Assembly (NCBI GenBank): GCA_046563655.1
Contig: CM102283.1
Span: 8,928,001 to 8,992,000, forward strand
Direction: 5' to 3'
DNA length: 64,000 nt
Source: Yuukianura sp. NJ FZ-2021
Taxonomy: Eukaryota
In this document: positions 46,631 to 60,358 of the stretch, one piece after another
Layout of the letters: each line of letters begins with the position of its first letter
How positions within the stretch are numbered: position 1 is the first letter of the stretch
Notes under the pieces: model-generated
The model's database searches: none
What the model was told of the DNA's origin: nothing
What the model saw: only the letters and a program-made list of their open reading frames with translations
Made by a program: the position numbers and the translations under genes

Positions 46631-48106
46631 ATGGAAAGTTTTATGAAACACGAAGTTACAGTCATTTTTAGAAATTTTGAATTTGGAAACCCGGGATTTA
46701 CTTTTATATGTTTAGTTTTGGTGTTAAGTTTTCAAAATACGCTAGGAGGCAGCACACACCGCAACAGTAAAAATGACGGTAAGTGTAAAATTTTACAAAA
46801 ATATTAAAAACGTTCTGAAAATTTTAATTTTTTTTTGAAAACTACAGAAATTCCCGCCAAATGGTCGACGCTCAATGGTTTACCATCGAAAATCATAGGT
46901 CACCGCGGTGAAAAAGTTTTGATGCCACAACATACACTTGGGTCATACGAAATCGCGTGTATTGAAAACCCGGATTTCGTGGAACCTGACCTCCTGATGA
47001 CCAATGACTCGCGATTGGTTTGTTTTCACGATCTGACCTTGCGCAATAGCACGGACATTGAGTCTATTGAAGAACTGGCGTACCTCAAAGGTCAAACGAT
47101 TGAAGATGATTGGTTCATTCCAGATTTGACCTTGGAGCAGATCAAGAAGGTCAAGGTCAAGCAGGAAACCATTGGAATCCGACCGCAGTATTTCAATAAC
47201 TTGTTTACTATTCCTACTTTTGAAGAGTTTTTGGAACTTATTCATGAAATGAGCCACAAAATGAACAAAGGAATCGGTAGAAACTTAGAAATTAAAAAAA
47301 TCAACACTTTTAAGAAAATTTAAGAGAAACTTTCCAAAACAAAAATTTTTGTTTTCAAAATTTCAGGCATAATTCCGGAATTGAAAAATCCGGAACTCGT
47401 GAACGGCCGACTGGAGAAACCACATTTCATGGAAGATGCTGCCCTGAAAATACTGCGCAAGTATGGCTACCCTCTGCGCAACTCCGATCCAAGTATGTGC
47501 CTCAGTTCGAATCAAACTCGGGTTGCTTGTGGTCCCGTGGTACTGCAGAGCTTCAACCAAGATGCTGTCAAGTACTTAAGTACTCAGACTGACCTTGAAC
47601 TCATGATGCTAGTTGACAATGACCCCATGTTACTAACTGTCCAAGGTTTAAGTGAAATTTCCACTTTTGCACACCATTACAGCGTCTGGAAGGAAATTGT
47701 TTACTCTGGAGTTGAGGCCGTCCTGAAGTACAACAGTATCAAGTACAATTCGACTGAAGTTGCAGAAGCTGGTGGTTTTATTCCAACTTCATCATTTTCT
47801 AAACTCGTGCATTCAAAGGGCATGGAGTTGAGTATTTACACGATTTATGACTCGAGAGAACCAAGCAAACGGGGATGCGAGGTCAAATGTCAACCGGAAA
47901 ACAAAACGGAGGAACTTTTTTATTATTTTGGTTTAGGAGTTGACTCAATGTTTGTAGAAAATATTGCGGAAGCAATTGAATTGAGAATTGAATATGATTT
48001 GGAACAGGGGCACAACAATCAACAAAGTTCAGCCTCCAAAAACATTCCTTTCGATAAAACACTTTTTGGAATCTTTACGGTATTTCTTGGATATCGAATT
48101 TTGTAA
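46631..48106 (+). CDS. Glycerophosphodiester phosphodiesterase, GlpQ-like; 3 exons; hydrophobic N- and C-termini
   Basis: IIGHRG, FVEPDL, VCFHD, IPTFEEFL, GIIPELK, VLQSF, GVDSMFVE; catalytic and metal residues are present. Start codon uncertain. Confidence 0.9.
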
Positions 48107-49944
48107 CAGTATCGAGGATATCGCATATCCTAGGAATGAAGATAAATTCGATAACACTTTCTACTTTCCTAAAATTCGACGAACAATTCCAACTTTTGGA
48201 ATCGAGATTTTTCAGAATCTACATTTTTTTTAAATTTTAGAAAAAGAGTTGTGGTTTGTGAAGGAGCAAATTTGGCAACAGCAATTTCGGCGACGAGCAA
48301 ATTTGGAAATACAAATAATTAAGCTGTACTTAGCGGAAATCACTTGTGTGTTAAAGTAATTATTTGCCAATTTGGCTTCCGCGTCCTAATTTTGTGTCAT
48401 CAAAAGATTTTTGTACTAAAAATATACGAGGAAATTAAGCAATAAAGTAATTAACTGCAATTTAATTAACTAACTACTTTGTTAATTAGGTAGAGAAGAA
48501 AGCTCAAGTGACATATTTCATCATTTTTTGTAAAAAAAAAAAAAATTTGGTATAATTGAAACTAATAGTGTTAACAACTTAGATTTTTTTGCAAGTTGGA
48601 ACATTATAAGCCCAATTTTTATAAATTCTTGCAAATCATGATCACTTCAAATTAGGTTAGAAAAGAATTTGATTTTTGTCTAATAAAAGTGAAACCACTA
48701 GTAAATCGATTCTAATGCACAGTATTATGCAGGAATTGTGACTTGCATAATTTATCTTTAGTATGCAAGGAGAACAATTACGAGGTGAACTCGACCAGAT
48801 CGCATTAAAATGGTGACAATCTGGTGACGAGTGACTCTCAAGGTATCAAGCATAGTCACTTCAAATTCTCAACTTTCTGGTTTTATATATTTAGTTAGCT
48901 TACGCAAAACAATCATTGCGTTAACTTTTCCAAAAATGACCTCTAAATTTCCCATGCCAATTTCAGAAATAGTTAATCCAAAAATAATGAGCCAATTTAT
49001 ACACGTTTCAATTCACCCAAACAATCAACTCTTTTTAACTTTTAATAAAACTATCTCTTTTTTAACTTTAGTTTTTTAACTTTTTAGTAAGTATCTATAG
49101 TCACTGAGTTAACATTTGTTTAAGGTTATGCCGTTAGGTTATTTTTCAACCCCTTTTGCTCTTTCATCCCCCATTTTCATCCCTTGAGCTTCTGTTGTCG
49201 TGGGAAGCTAAGATTTTCCTCTCTTCTACAATGCAACTGCAGATCAATTGAAAAATCCCACGCCATTTTTCACAAGAGATGAAAAATGTTAAGTTTCTGT
49301 TCGAATGATCAGCTCAAGTCGGAAGTGTTTTTCACTTTGAAGTGAGACGTCAATGGTGTACCAATACTTAACACTTTTAGTTCTGTTTGGTGCCAAAAGT
49401 AAGTTTTAGTGGTGCCAAAATACGTTTACCGGAAGATCTTGTGAAGTGTGAGGGTTAATTTCCCACAAAACTTTCCAAAACAGTTTCAGTTTCTCCAGAT
49501 TTTTACCAATTTTAAAAGATTTTTAAAAAGTGTTTTCCTTTTTTTCCCTCTAGCCGCAGTGCCTAATTTTGTGGAATTTGAAATTTTGAAACAAGTGAAA
49601 TTAGTAAGTAGGACTCAAAAAAAATTTTGTGAAAAGTTTAGTCTCGATGAGCAACAGAGAGTGACAGTTTAATTGGAGACTTAAAGGAGCTGAGTGTTAC
49701 AGTTTCAACCTAACCTTTCATGTGCAACTAACCAATGAACAATTGGGACCAACTTTAATTATACGTTTTCAGTTTTTCAAAATCTTCATTTTTTTTTGTT
49801 TTATTGTTCAAAAGTGGAAGTTAGCATCTTTCTTTAGCATCGTTTTTTGACAGAGTGAAGAAAAATTTCAAGCCGTTGAAAATTTTTCGTCGTGAAAGTG
49901 GATTTTCAACTGTCATGGTTTTGAAATTTGGAAAAATTTGAAAA

Positions 49945-52900
49945 ATGGCTGCTCCTAGGCTGATCCTTGGAATTTTACTTTTCAGTTTCAAAATTTTGGA
50001 TTTTGAAGCAGTTGTGGGAAGTGAAGTTTACTTGAATGGAACAAGCGAAAGTGGGAATGCGGAACAGAATGCAGGTAGATCCAAAAGAAGCAATTTGCTG
50101 ACCAACAGTGTCCCAGGGTCTCTTGGAGGGTCTGGATCTGGCAGTATTGAAGGTAACCCTTAAGGGCCCCTCTAAGGTGAAGGGCCCCTAACGGTAAAGG
50201 ACCCCTTAATGTTAAAAATAAGCCCTTAAGGTCAGTCTAGGAACAACAACAACCAGGTCTTAAACTTTGTTTGAACTGCAGATCCATGAATTTTGAAGAA
50301 TTTAGAAAACAATTGACCAAGGTCACAGAATGAACGCAAAGTTCCTGAGCCCTTAGATTTTTCAATGTCAAATCTTTTGTGAATTTCAAGAAATGTTCAA
50401 AAAAAATTTTTTTTTAAACACAAATTATAACGTTTAAGCTCTTTTTGAATTGAATTTGAACTAAGGGCGTGTGCTAAAAGTCATGATACTGTGCATAACA
50501 GAGGAAAAATCGCCCTGATTGATACGACAAAATTTGAAAACGCCTCGTAAATTTTTGGTGTTTGGCAATAGCTGAGTTGAATACTAAACGAAAAGTTCAA
50601 GTTGAATTGGTTACACAAGTGCGAAGCCACTAGTCTTAATTTCCTAAAAATGCAAATTATAAAAAAAACACTTTATTACTACGCTGACCTTCGACATTTA
50701 CCTTCCACGCACCCTAGACATGTAAGGAAAAAACTTATTTTTCCTATACCTCTTACATTTAAAAAAAAGACTTGCGAAAATGCATTTTCATAAAAAGACA
50801 ATTTTATTAAAAAACTAAACTTTTCGGAAAAAACTAACAAAAGTTTGGATAGGTCAGTGCACAATTTTTTTAAATTTTACTTCCTCAACAAGGACTCTAC
50901 AAAACCTGGCAGATTTTTGTTCCAGGTTGCGCAATACTTTGTTGGCAGACAAAAATTAGTTATTTTTTTCTATAATTAGTAAATGAGAGTAAACTTTTAA
51001 TTAGAACTTGAACTAGTTTAGCAAGGAAGTCGTAAAATCAAAACCAAGTCAATAATTTTCACGTTTTTTTGTGACTGAAATGTGATCTAATTGCAATTGA
51101 CAGCAATTTACATTTAAAAAAAAATTGAATTTGTTGATTTCCGCATGCTCATGCTTTAATTTTTCTACAACTTGTTTATGTTGATTGACAACTGCATAGA
51201 TGTTAATTGTTTGTATTGTTATGAAACCGGAAGCCGTGATTGGTCGAACCCTGGCTCTGTCACGGCTGTCACAATAATTGTATCACAGATCAAATCAAAG
51301 ATTGAGTCAACTTTTAAGAGTTAAGGGCGATGACCACGCCCGTATCACGTACTACGCAGAAGCAGAAATTCAAAATTGCAAAACTCTTTAATAACAATGA
51401 CAAACAAGGTGATCATATCACCCAATTTGACTTTAACTTTTACTAAAATCGCTCCAAACGAAATTCAATTAAAAAGGTTATTGCTCCATTTTGATCAAGG
51501 TTTTTGATTTTCGAATCAAAATTGTCTATTTTACACTTGAGTGAGTGATAGGTTTGCCTTCACAAAGTTAAAAAAAGCGTTTTCATCGTATTTCAATTAA
51601 TAGTTTTAATTATATAAAACAAAAATTTAATTATACAAATACTTGAGCATTTTCATTTCTATTTAGCCTCTCATTATAAGTTATCAAACAAATCAGAAGA
51701 GTTGAAGGGAACAAAAATGTTTGTACTTGAATTGTTGTTTTCATAATTAGTTGTGAATTGCGAATCTTACTTTGTATCTTTTAAAATTCTCACAATTGTA
51801 GTGTACAAATGCACAAATGAAGAAGATTCATGAACTTTCACTTGTTTGACCTTGATTCGCACCCGTCCTTAACACTACAAATGAACAATTAATTTAGCAT
51901 TGTGATGACTTTACTAACCTACCAATTTACAATTCACTAAATGGCAATGTGACACACACAAGCATAGGATGATTGTTGTGCGCAGATGAAAAACGATTGT
52001 TGCGCAGATGCAACAATCATTGAGTTCAAAATGTCAAAACGAACAATCACTAAAAAAATGCATTGTTCTTCCCAAGATCAAAAGTTTCGTCCAATTCGTT
52101 CACAGTCATACAAAAATTTTCTTTTTGTGTAAAGTTTTTTTGACACTGTGTAGATTTCGCAGTTTGTTCGAATCCAAATTTCTGAAAATTTTTGAAATTT
52201 TGAATTTCAGGTCTGCTTGCATCATGTCAACTGACCAACCTCCTTTTGTACCAACTTTTGCAACAACAGTCTCCAAATATCGGATTGCTAGGTCCCGCTC
52301 TCGGGCTCAATGTCGCCTCTGGTCAATCCAATGTCGCCGCTCAGCAACAGCCGTTTCCCGCTGCTGCAGGACTCGTCAACAATTTTCTCTTCCCGCCTCC
52401 AAAACTGACGACATATGTCTCCACTTCGACATTTACAGTTCAAACCACCTCAAGCACTGTCATTACCATTCCACTTCTCTTTGGCAACAAACCATCACCC
52501 ACGACCATCACCAGAACAAAGATTTACGACATTACGACATCAGAGATTCAGACGATCACAGCCACAGTGGAACCTTCAACCGTCGTGACACCATCTACGA
52601 CTACCGTGGTCATTGAAGCCACAAAAACGCAACAAGGCGCAGGTCAAGGTCATTTTACGCCCATGGCGTTTCAGGCACAACATGAACTGTCACGTGAAGT
52701 GGAAAATGACATAGACGTATTGCAGGAAAATGTAAACTATGCTACGCCTTTTCTAAATTATCAAACGAATCCAGTTGAAGAGCAACTGGCCAATCCGGGT
52801 TATGCTGAAAAAGGCGCGCTGAGGGCGCGAAGAAAAAATCAGAGTCCTACGGCTGCCACGGCACCTTCGAAACCGTCCAGAATTGCCGTAAGAAAAGTAT

Positions 52901-53814
52901 TGAAAGCCAATCCCGGCACAGGACCGTCTGGAAATGGCGCGAAATTTGAAACGGAAAGAACGCCTGCATATAGATACGGTGGAGATTCTTATGGAACGAA
53001 AAATTTCAAATCCGCGGCGCGAGAATTCAAACAGTCTCCACGTGATTTTTCGCAGGAAATCTACTATAGTGAGCAATCTCGAGGTCGACGACCTGCGCAG
53101 AAGCAATCGACGTACCAATCAGAGTATAAGGAACAACAAAGTTCGTATGAGCATGACTACTATGTCCGGAGATTAAAACGGCGCGGAGATGCACTAGTGG
53201 ATATGGATCATGACGAAACTTCCCTAAGCAGAGAGTTTCTACTCGAACCAAGTTTTGTACAAGAAAATACTTCTCCGGCGCCTTTTTCAAATTTTCAAAA
53301 CGAGTTACACTGTCCACCACCAAAAGAAATCACAGTTACCAAAACAATTACGAAATTTGTTAACCCGACTCCAGCTGGATCGGCCCCGTTCGGAGCCGAA
53401 ACGGCTCCGGCTCCCACTCGAACCAATTGGCAACCACCGGCAGATTCGCGTCTGCGTACTGGACGCAAATTTACTCCCACGCGTGCTTCGACGTACGAAA
53501 TACCACAACAAATCAATAATGCTGTCACTAAAGTTCCGACTCCACCTAATCCTCGGATTCCGTCGGATAAGCCGACGAGAGGTAGGAATAGAGTGAATGT
53601 TCAAACATTTGAAAATAACTTTGACGTCAAAGATTTGGCGCCAACGGCACAAGCTCCGCCTCCGGCCGTTCCAAGGTCACGTGGAAGAGGAGACATTTTG
53701 AATAAGGCGCGAAATACGCCTGTTCCGACCGCAGCGTCTGAAGCGGACGAAGGTCGTGGTCGTCAAAGAAGAAAACAACGACAGAGACAACCATTGGAGC
53801 AGTTGGATAATTAA
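49945..53814 (+). CDS. Secreted Thr/Pro-rich mucin-like protein (DUF4758-like segment); exons 49945-50152, 52211-53814
   Basis: Signal peptide MAAPRLILGILLFSF; RSKR and RRLKRR cleavage motifs; TTYVSTSTFTVQTTSSTVITIPLLFGNK...TTSEIQTITATVEPS; in-phase intron. Confidence 0.75.
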
Positions 53815-54499
53815 GTTAATTAACAACTAATTAAGAAAAACTAATTAAAAGGCATAAATAATTAATTTAGTGTAAAGTTTTGTTGTAACTTGGAGTATCC
53901 TGGTACGATTACTATATGTGAAATCATGAGGCCAAAAACCACACAAAAGTTTCAAAATTTGGCAAACTTTCTCCAAACAATTTTTTTCGCAAAACTTTTT
54001 TACGGCATGTAAGTATTTAACACCATTACAGAAAATGGTGTTAAATTCCACGATGCATGAAGAAATCACTGAATTAGAAAACAATCAGTACATTTATTCC
54101 ATTTCGAAAAATTACGTCATCATTTTTTTTTTGTAGACCAATTTAGTTTTAATGTCTTCCTTCCTCCTGTTGTGATAAATCAAATTTTATTTAATGTTTA
54201 CTTTTTGTATTTTTATTGCTAAAAAAGTAATTAGTCAAGCATATGCACTAATTAGCACGTTACGCAAATATTGGTCTTAGCACTTGTAAAAATTCTTTGA
54301 AACGAAACATATTTTTGCATTTTCTTTTTTGAGTTTCAAAATTTTGTGTTTAATTTTGTATTAATTTAAAATTCAAACAAGTTTCTTAAACTGGATTTTA
54401 GAAATTTCACATTAAATACAATTTTGGAAACAATTTTATAGCAAAAAGTTATAGTTTCAAAAAAAGCGGGAAAAGTAGGATTTTGAAAATTTGAAAATT

Positions 54500-55720
54500 T
54501 TACATTCTATCGTCGTTGTTGACGGAAATGACGGTTTTGCATGAAGGTTGTGCAGATTGCTGCTGACGATTGCTGTAAAGCGGTTGCTGTTGCTGAAATT
54601 GCTGCGGATAAGGGTACATCGGTGGTGGATACTGCTGTAGTTGCAGCGGTACCTGAAGAGGTATCTGCTGGTACCCAATAGGTATCGACGGAGTTGGCGG
54701 GAAAGCGTATCCGTAGATTGGCGGTGGTGGTTGAATCATGTAAGGCAAAGGTGGGTACCCATATGGGTACGGTTGGTAACTTTGGTACGGTGGGGCTTGA
54801 AATTGTGGTGGTGGGGATGGTGGGGCCTGGTGGGGCTCAACTGATTTAGGTTTTTGGTTCGTACTTGCAGTGCTGAATGGATACTGCCTGGGGGCATTTT
54901 GACTGCTGGTGAGAATTTGCTGAGCTTTGGTGAGTGTGGCGCCAAATGAGCCGATAGATGGCATTCCACTGAACGGATTGAGATTGGTGGATGGCTCGAA
55001 TGGAGAGTTCTGATTGGTCGATTCTGTTCCTGGTTGCGGGAAGCTTGAATTTGGACATTCACAGTCAGCTTCACAGTAGTTACAATTTGTACAAATACTG
55101 GTAGCATAAATTCCGCATTTTGAACATCTCCCGCCTTTCAGTTGACACTGACTCAAAGCTTCTGTGTTTCGTTTCGGATTCAACACTCCCTCTTCAAAGT
55201 TGTACAAGTACATGTCCGGATGGTATCTGCAAGTCACAACATTTTTTCAAAATTTTGATTTTTTTTTTTTAAATTTTGGTATTCAAGTTGCAGCTAACCT
55301 CGAACGACACGGAAATTCCTTCACCCAACTCGGTGGAACGCCACCACCGCCCCGTTTTTCCATGAAATTTTTGAGCCCGCGTACTTTCAATTTCCTTGCA
55401 GTAGTGGCAGTAGACTCTCGATGGATTCCATAGCCGCAATCACCAGCATCATGCTGCGCATGCGAATTTCCGCCTACGGGCATCTTGCTACTGTTCACTT
55501 GCTTATTGGCCATGTCACCAGTAGCTCGGAAGTCACCACGCAGATTTGAGGCGAAACAGATCGTGTTACGCTCATTTGAGCTGAGCATTCTGCGCGGAAG
55601 GTGCGGCAGAGTTTTGGAAACGAGGTCAATTACGCGCCTTTTCTGAGCGTCGTCCATGGAACGACCTGTGTCTCCTGCATCACCCTTCTTCAACAACGAA
55701 CTGACTTTAGTGTTATGCAT
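54500..55720 (-). CDS. Uncharacterised protein with a Cys cluster and a Pro/Gln/Tyr-rich tail (2 exons)
   Basis: ORFs 55283-55720 and 54500-55237 join in phase (PCRS-R-YHPDMY); CSKCGIYATSICTNCNYCEADCEC; PPPQFQAPPYQ... low-complexity tail. Confidence 0.65.
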
Positions 55721-56025
55721 GTTTCAAAATTTTAAGTTTAAATTGAATTTTGATAAATTGAAATTTTGGAAATTGTGGATGATGAGAATGAAAATTTGAA
55801 TTGTTACATTTAAATTGTACAACGAATTTTAAAAACTTTATTTTTCCAAACCACGATGAAGCGAAGACATCCGTTTCCAACAATCAAACAAATCAACAAA
55901 AAAAAATGAAACGAGATAAAATTAAAAGTATCCTACAGCAACAGTGATTTTTTTTTTGTAAAATTTGAGCTTCTTTTAGCTTTTGCGCAGCTTTGGTACA
56001 GGATACTAACGTATCATAACCTAGC

Positions 56026-56414
56026 CTATCCTTGACCAACCGTGCCACTCGGTATACAGTTTCGTCCGTTGCCATCACACTTGACTTCTGCTTCGATTGT
56101 CACGCATGCGCCCAGAATCAGCTTCTCTTTGCATGGATAACACTTGCACCGCCATTGATACTTCCAGCTATGCCAGCGTTTCTCACATTTCCCTTGGTTA
56201 CCGTTGCCACCCGCAGCACATTGCCTTTTACACTCGTCTGGATTTCCTGGACATCCCATGTGCGCTAAATTCAAAAATTTGTTACTTCAAAAAAGAATTT
56301 TTCTAGAAAGTGGTATAAAATTTTGAAATAATTCTATACTAACTTACCAGAAACGACGCTAAGTAAAAGGAGAGATGAGAGAATCACTAAAATGAAAAAC
56401 TGTTGGCTGTTCAT
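56026..56414 (-). CDS. Secreted 10-Cys defensin-like peptide, copy A (exons 56414-56348, 56264-56026)
   Basis: MNSQQFFILVILSSLLLLSVVS-AHMGCPGNPDECKRQC...GKCEKRWHSWKYQWRCKCYPC...CV...CDGNGRNC. Confidence 0.9.
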
Positions 56415-57049
56415 GACGATTTCAAAAAAGCTTCCACTTTGGAATTTGAAATTTTTAAAAATCTTGAATGTTTTTGATCAAATGGAATTAAACGTCGCGC
56501 TGCTTTTATAGCGACTGGGTGTTTACTTTTTTAATCATTCCAGCGTCCAGCGTCAGCTACAGTTATCTTTTTCAGAAATACTAAATTTTTCCTGATTTCA
56601 TTTAGTTTTAAGTTATCTTTTGTAGTGAATTGTTTCATCATTTTATTTTTTAGGAAATTTGACGAATTTCGAAGAAGTGTTTGATTTTCTAATTACTAAT
56701 TTTTGATTGTTCCAAGCTTCTACTGTCGGATCACGGAAAAAGGAGGTTATCGTTTTAGGGATTAAAATTTTTATCTCCTTGCTTCCTTCCTAACTATAAT
56801 TTTTTTTTTTGCAGAAGCGATATTTTGGTTTGCAAAAGTAAACACAACTAAAGATAAATTATAAAATATTATTATAGTTATTTATTATTATTATAATTAT
56901 TGCAATTTTAAAATTTTTAAAACTTTATTTTTCAAAACCACGAAAGTCCCGCAAAGTCCGTTTCCAACAATCAAACAAAATCAACAAAAAATTCGAAGTA
57001 ACGTTTAAAGTGACCTAAAGTAGTTTTCTTGTAAAATTTTAGCCCCTTT

Positions 57050-57410
57050 TTAGCCAGTGGGTTTACAGTTTTGTCCGTTGCCATCACAGGTGACTCCTAC
57101 TTCGATTTTGTCCACGCATGCGCCCAGAATCAGCTTCCCTTTGCATGGATTACACTTGCAGCGTGATTGGTACCTCCAGCGATACCAGCGTTTCTCACAC
57201 TTCCCTTCGTTCCCGCTGCCACCACAGTGCCTTTTACACTCATCTGGATTTCCTGGACAGCCCTTGTCCGCTAAATTCAAAAATTTCAACTTCAAAAAAT
57301 TATTTTAATAGGTACATTTCAAAATAGTTTTATTCTAACTCACCAGAAACGACGCTAAGTAAAAGTAGAGATGAGAGGATCACTAAAATGAAAAACTGTT
57401 GACTGTTCAT
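57050..57410 (-). CDS. Secreted 10-Cys defensin-like peptide, copy B (exons 57410-57344, 57270-57050)
   Basis: 67-nt signal exon, then ADKGCPGNPDECKRHC...GKCEKRWYRWRYQSRCKCNPC...CDGNGQNCKPTG. Confidence 0.9.
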
Positions 57411-58142
57411 GACGATTTTTAGTGTGAACTTTTAAATTTTTCGTTTTGTGAATGTTTTTGATAAAATGGAATTAAACGTGCTGCTTTTATAGCGATTTGT
57501 GCTTCACTTTATAATTTTTCCACCGTCTAGCGTCAGCTACTTTTATCTTTCCCAGAAATATTAAACTTTATTTGAATTCATTTAGTTTTAAGTTATGTTT
57601 AGTAATGAATTTTCCATGTGTCTGGTGATTCATGCCATGAAATATTAATTGTTACCAGGAATTACAGCTATTCTTGTATACACAGCGTCTGTTAGCTTTG
57701 TCTTTTTTCCTAGAAGCGAAGAAGCGTAGGGTGCAAGGGAGGAAAGAGCTTTGAAATCTCTGATTTTAAAATTATCATTTAACCATTGTGTAATAACCTA
57801 ATCAAATGCAACAGGCATCAGTTTCCCAGAATAACACATGCATAATAACTATTATGCATTTGACATTATTGCTTGTTGACAAAATTATTTTCTAAACATT
57901 TTACGTAGCAACGATATAAGGCCCTTCTTCAGCCAAATCCCTCAATTTATTATTACATTTATTTGTGTTGCAAAACTAAACAAATTGCAAAAGTTCCACA
58001 AAACAGCAAAGCATTCAAGCGAAGTAAAATCATGATGTCCCAAAGCAACCGAAATTTTATTGTAAAATTTTACCCGCCAAGGATATTATGTCGTCTATTT
58101 TTACAACTCCTTTCTGTTAAAAGAAAATTAACAAGGATTCAT

Positions 58143-58537
58143 TTAAGCATATCCTATTCCAACAGTGGGTTGACAATTTTGTCCGTTGCCATCACATCCT
58201 CCTCCTACTTGGAAGCTGGTCACGCATGCGCCTAAAATCAATGTCCCGCCGTTGCATGGATTGCATTTGCACCGCCATTGATACTTCCAGCGATACCAGC
58301 GTCTCTCACACTTCCCTTCGTTCCCTCCCGTACCACAGTATTGCCTACACTCCTGTGGATTTCCTGGACATCCTCTGTCCGCTAATTTAAAAAAAAATGG
58401 CGTCAAAAAAGCCGTTTTTAAAGAAAAAAAAAAGTAAGAAATTGAAGAATAATTTCGTTTAATCACTAACCAGAAACGACGCTGAGAAAAAGTAAAGAAG
58501 ATAGGATAACAAAAATGAAAAACTGCTGGTTGTTCAT
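58143..58537 (-). CDS. Secreted 10-Cys defensin-like peptide, copy C (exons 58537-58471, 58381-58143)
   Basis: 67-nt signal exon, then ADRGCPGNPQECRQYC...GKCERRWYRWKYQWRCKCNPC...CDGNGQNCQPTVGIGYA. Confidence 0.9.
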
Positions 58538-59154
58538 AATGCTTTATAACGGAAATTTTTTGAAACCTGAAATTTTGGATTTTTTGTGTGAGTGATTTAT
58601 TGACTGAACGTGATTTCTTCTTTTATATCGCTTTCTATGCTTTTCTCTTACAAATTTCTTCGTCTTCAACTTTTATCAAGCTTGCAGTAATGCTAAACTT
58701 TTCTGTTTTTAGTTACTTCTGAGCTATGTTTCGCAATAGATTTTGCATGAGTCTCTGCTAATTTTGATACGGAATATCATTGTACCGGGAATTAATGTTA
58801 TTTCGTACGAACATGTTCTTGGAACATGTCGACAAACGCTGCAGCGTTCGTTCACCTTATCTTGTTCTTTTCTAGAACCGTTGATTACTTCATTTTTCAC
58901 ACGGAGAAGGGATGTAGTTTCGAAATTTTTTTCGTCAAAAGAAACGAATCTTCAACTGATTGTGACTTCAATTTATACCGATTTTTTTGGGCACTTATCT
59001 TATTTTTGAAAAGATATTTGTAGAGTTTTACAATTTTAAATTCTTTTCGTACCAACCGTTTTTTTTTATTATAGAATTTTAGCCTCCAGCTAACAGTGCT
59101 ACAGCGCCCATTTATTAAACTAATGTTTTTCTGTTACAGAAACTAAAAATTGCT

Positions 59155-59542
59155 TTAGTCAATGTCGCCTCCAACAGTGGGTCTGCAGTTTCGTCCGTCC
59201 ACATCGCACGCGACTCCGGCTCGGACGTTGTCAACGCATAAGCCCAAAATCAGTACGCCGTTGCATGGATTACATTTGCACCGTGATTCGTAGCTCCAGC
59301 TATACCAGCGATCCTCACACCTCCCTTCTTTTCCTCCTAAGGCACAGTATTGCCTACACACTTCTGGATTGTCTGGACATCCCTTGTCCTCTAATTTCAA
59401 AAAAAATTACTTAAAAAAGAATTTTTAAAGAAAAAGAATACAAAATTGAAAAATAATTTTGTTTTAGTCACGAACCAGAAACGACGCTGAGAAAAAGTAG
59501 AGAAGACAGGATAACAAAAATGAAAAACGGCTGGTTGGTCAT
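59155..59542 (-). CDS. Secreted 10-Cys defensin-like peptide, copy D (exons 59542-59476, 59390-59155)
   Basis: 67-nt signal exon, then EDKGCPDNPEVCRQYC...GRCEDRWYSWSYESRCKCNPC...CDVDGRNCRPTVGGDID. Confidence 0.9.
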
Positions 59543-60358
59543 AATGTTATAAAAGCAGTTTTTTGAAAACTGAAATTTTTGGTTTTTTGAATCTTTGATT
59601 TGTCAATTAACTCTGTGCTTGCTCTTTTATAACGCTTTGTGCTTTAATTTTTTTTAATTTCTACAGCGTTGGTAACTTTTATCAACCTTCAAATTGCTTA
59701 AGTTTTCTGTATTTTAGGTACTTTTTAGGCACTTTTAGGTACTTTCGCAATAGATTTTCTTGTGTCTTTGCTGATTTTTTTGACAGAATATCTTTGTAAG
59801 GGGAATTAATATCATTTTGTAAAAATAGCGTCTGTTAATTTATCTTGTTTTGCACTGAACCGAGGATTACTTCATTTTGAGTGCGGCGAAGGGGCGCAGT
59901 TTCGCAATCTTTTTGGTGAAACGGAAGATTTTTCAATTAGGATTTCAATTTATATTAGTCTGATTCATAGTCATTGTATTTTACTTATTATTATTATTAT
60001 TTATTTTCTTATATTTTTATACACTTTGTGTTGTTGCTTTCAACACTTTTTTTTTATAAATAGTTAAAAAAAAACATTCTCTCAACTTCATATAATTTCA
60101 AAACATTTTTTATTTAGTAAATTATTCAGAGTAGGGAAACTCTTGCCAGTAAATTGGTGTAATCCTATTAAAATTATGAGAATTGGGAATTAATTAATTT
60201 TTTTAACAGAGTTATTTTAAATATTTTTGAAATTGAATTTGGAACAAATCCAGGAGAACTGCTGGTTACTATCAACACAGTAGAACATACACTAGCCTCC
60301 AGCCAAGGGTTTGCAATTGTTACCAGTGCATTTTATTCAAATCTTGAATTGTCACTTC

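Noticed and set aside
50153-50232. ccttaagggcccc-type short repeats resembling the histone stem-loop
   Set aside because: They lack the GGCCCTTTTAAGGGCC hairpin and downstream element; intronic low-complexity sequence.
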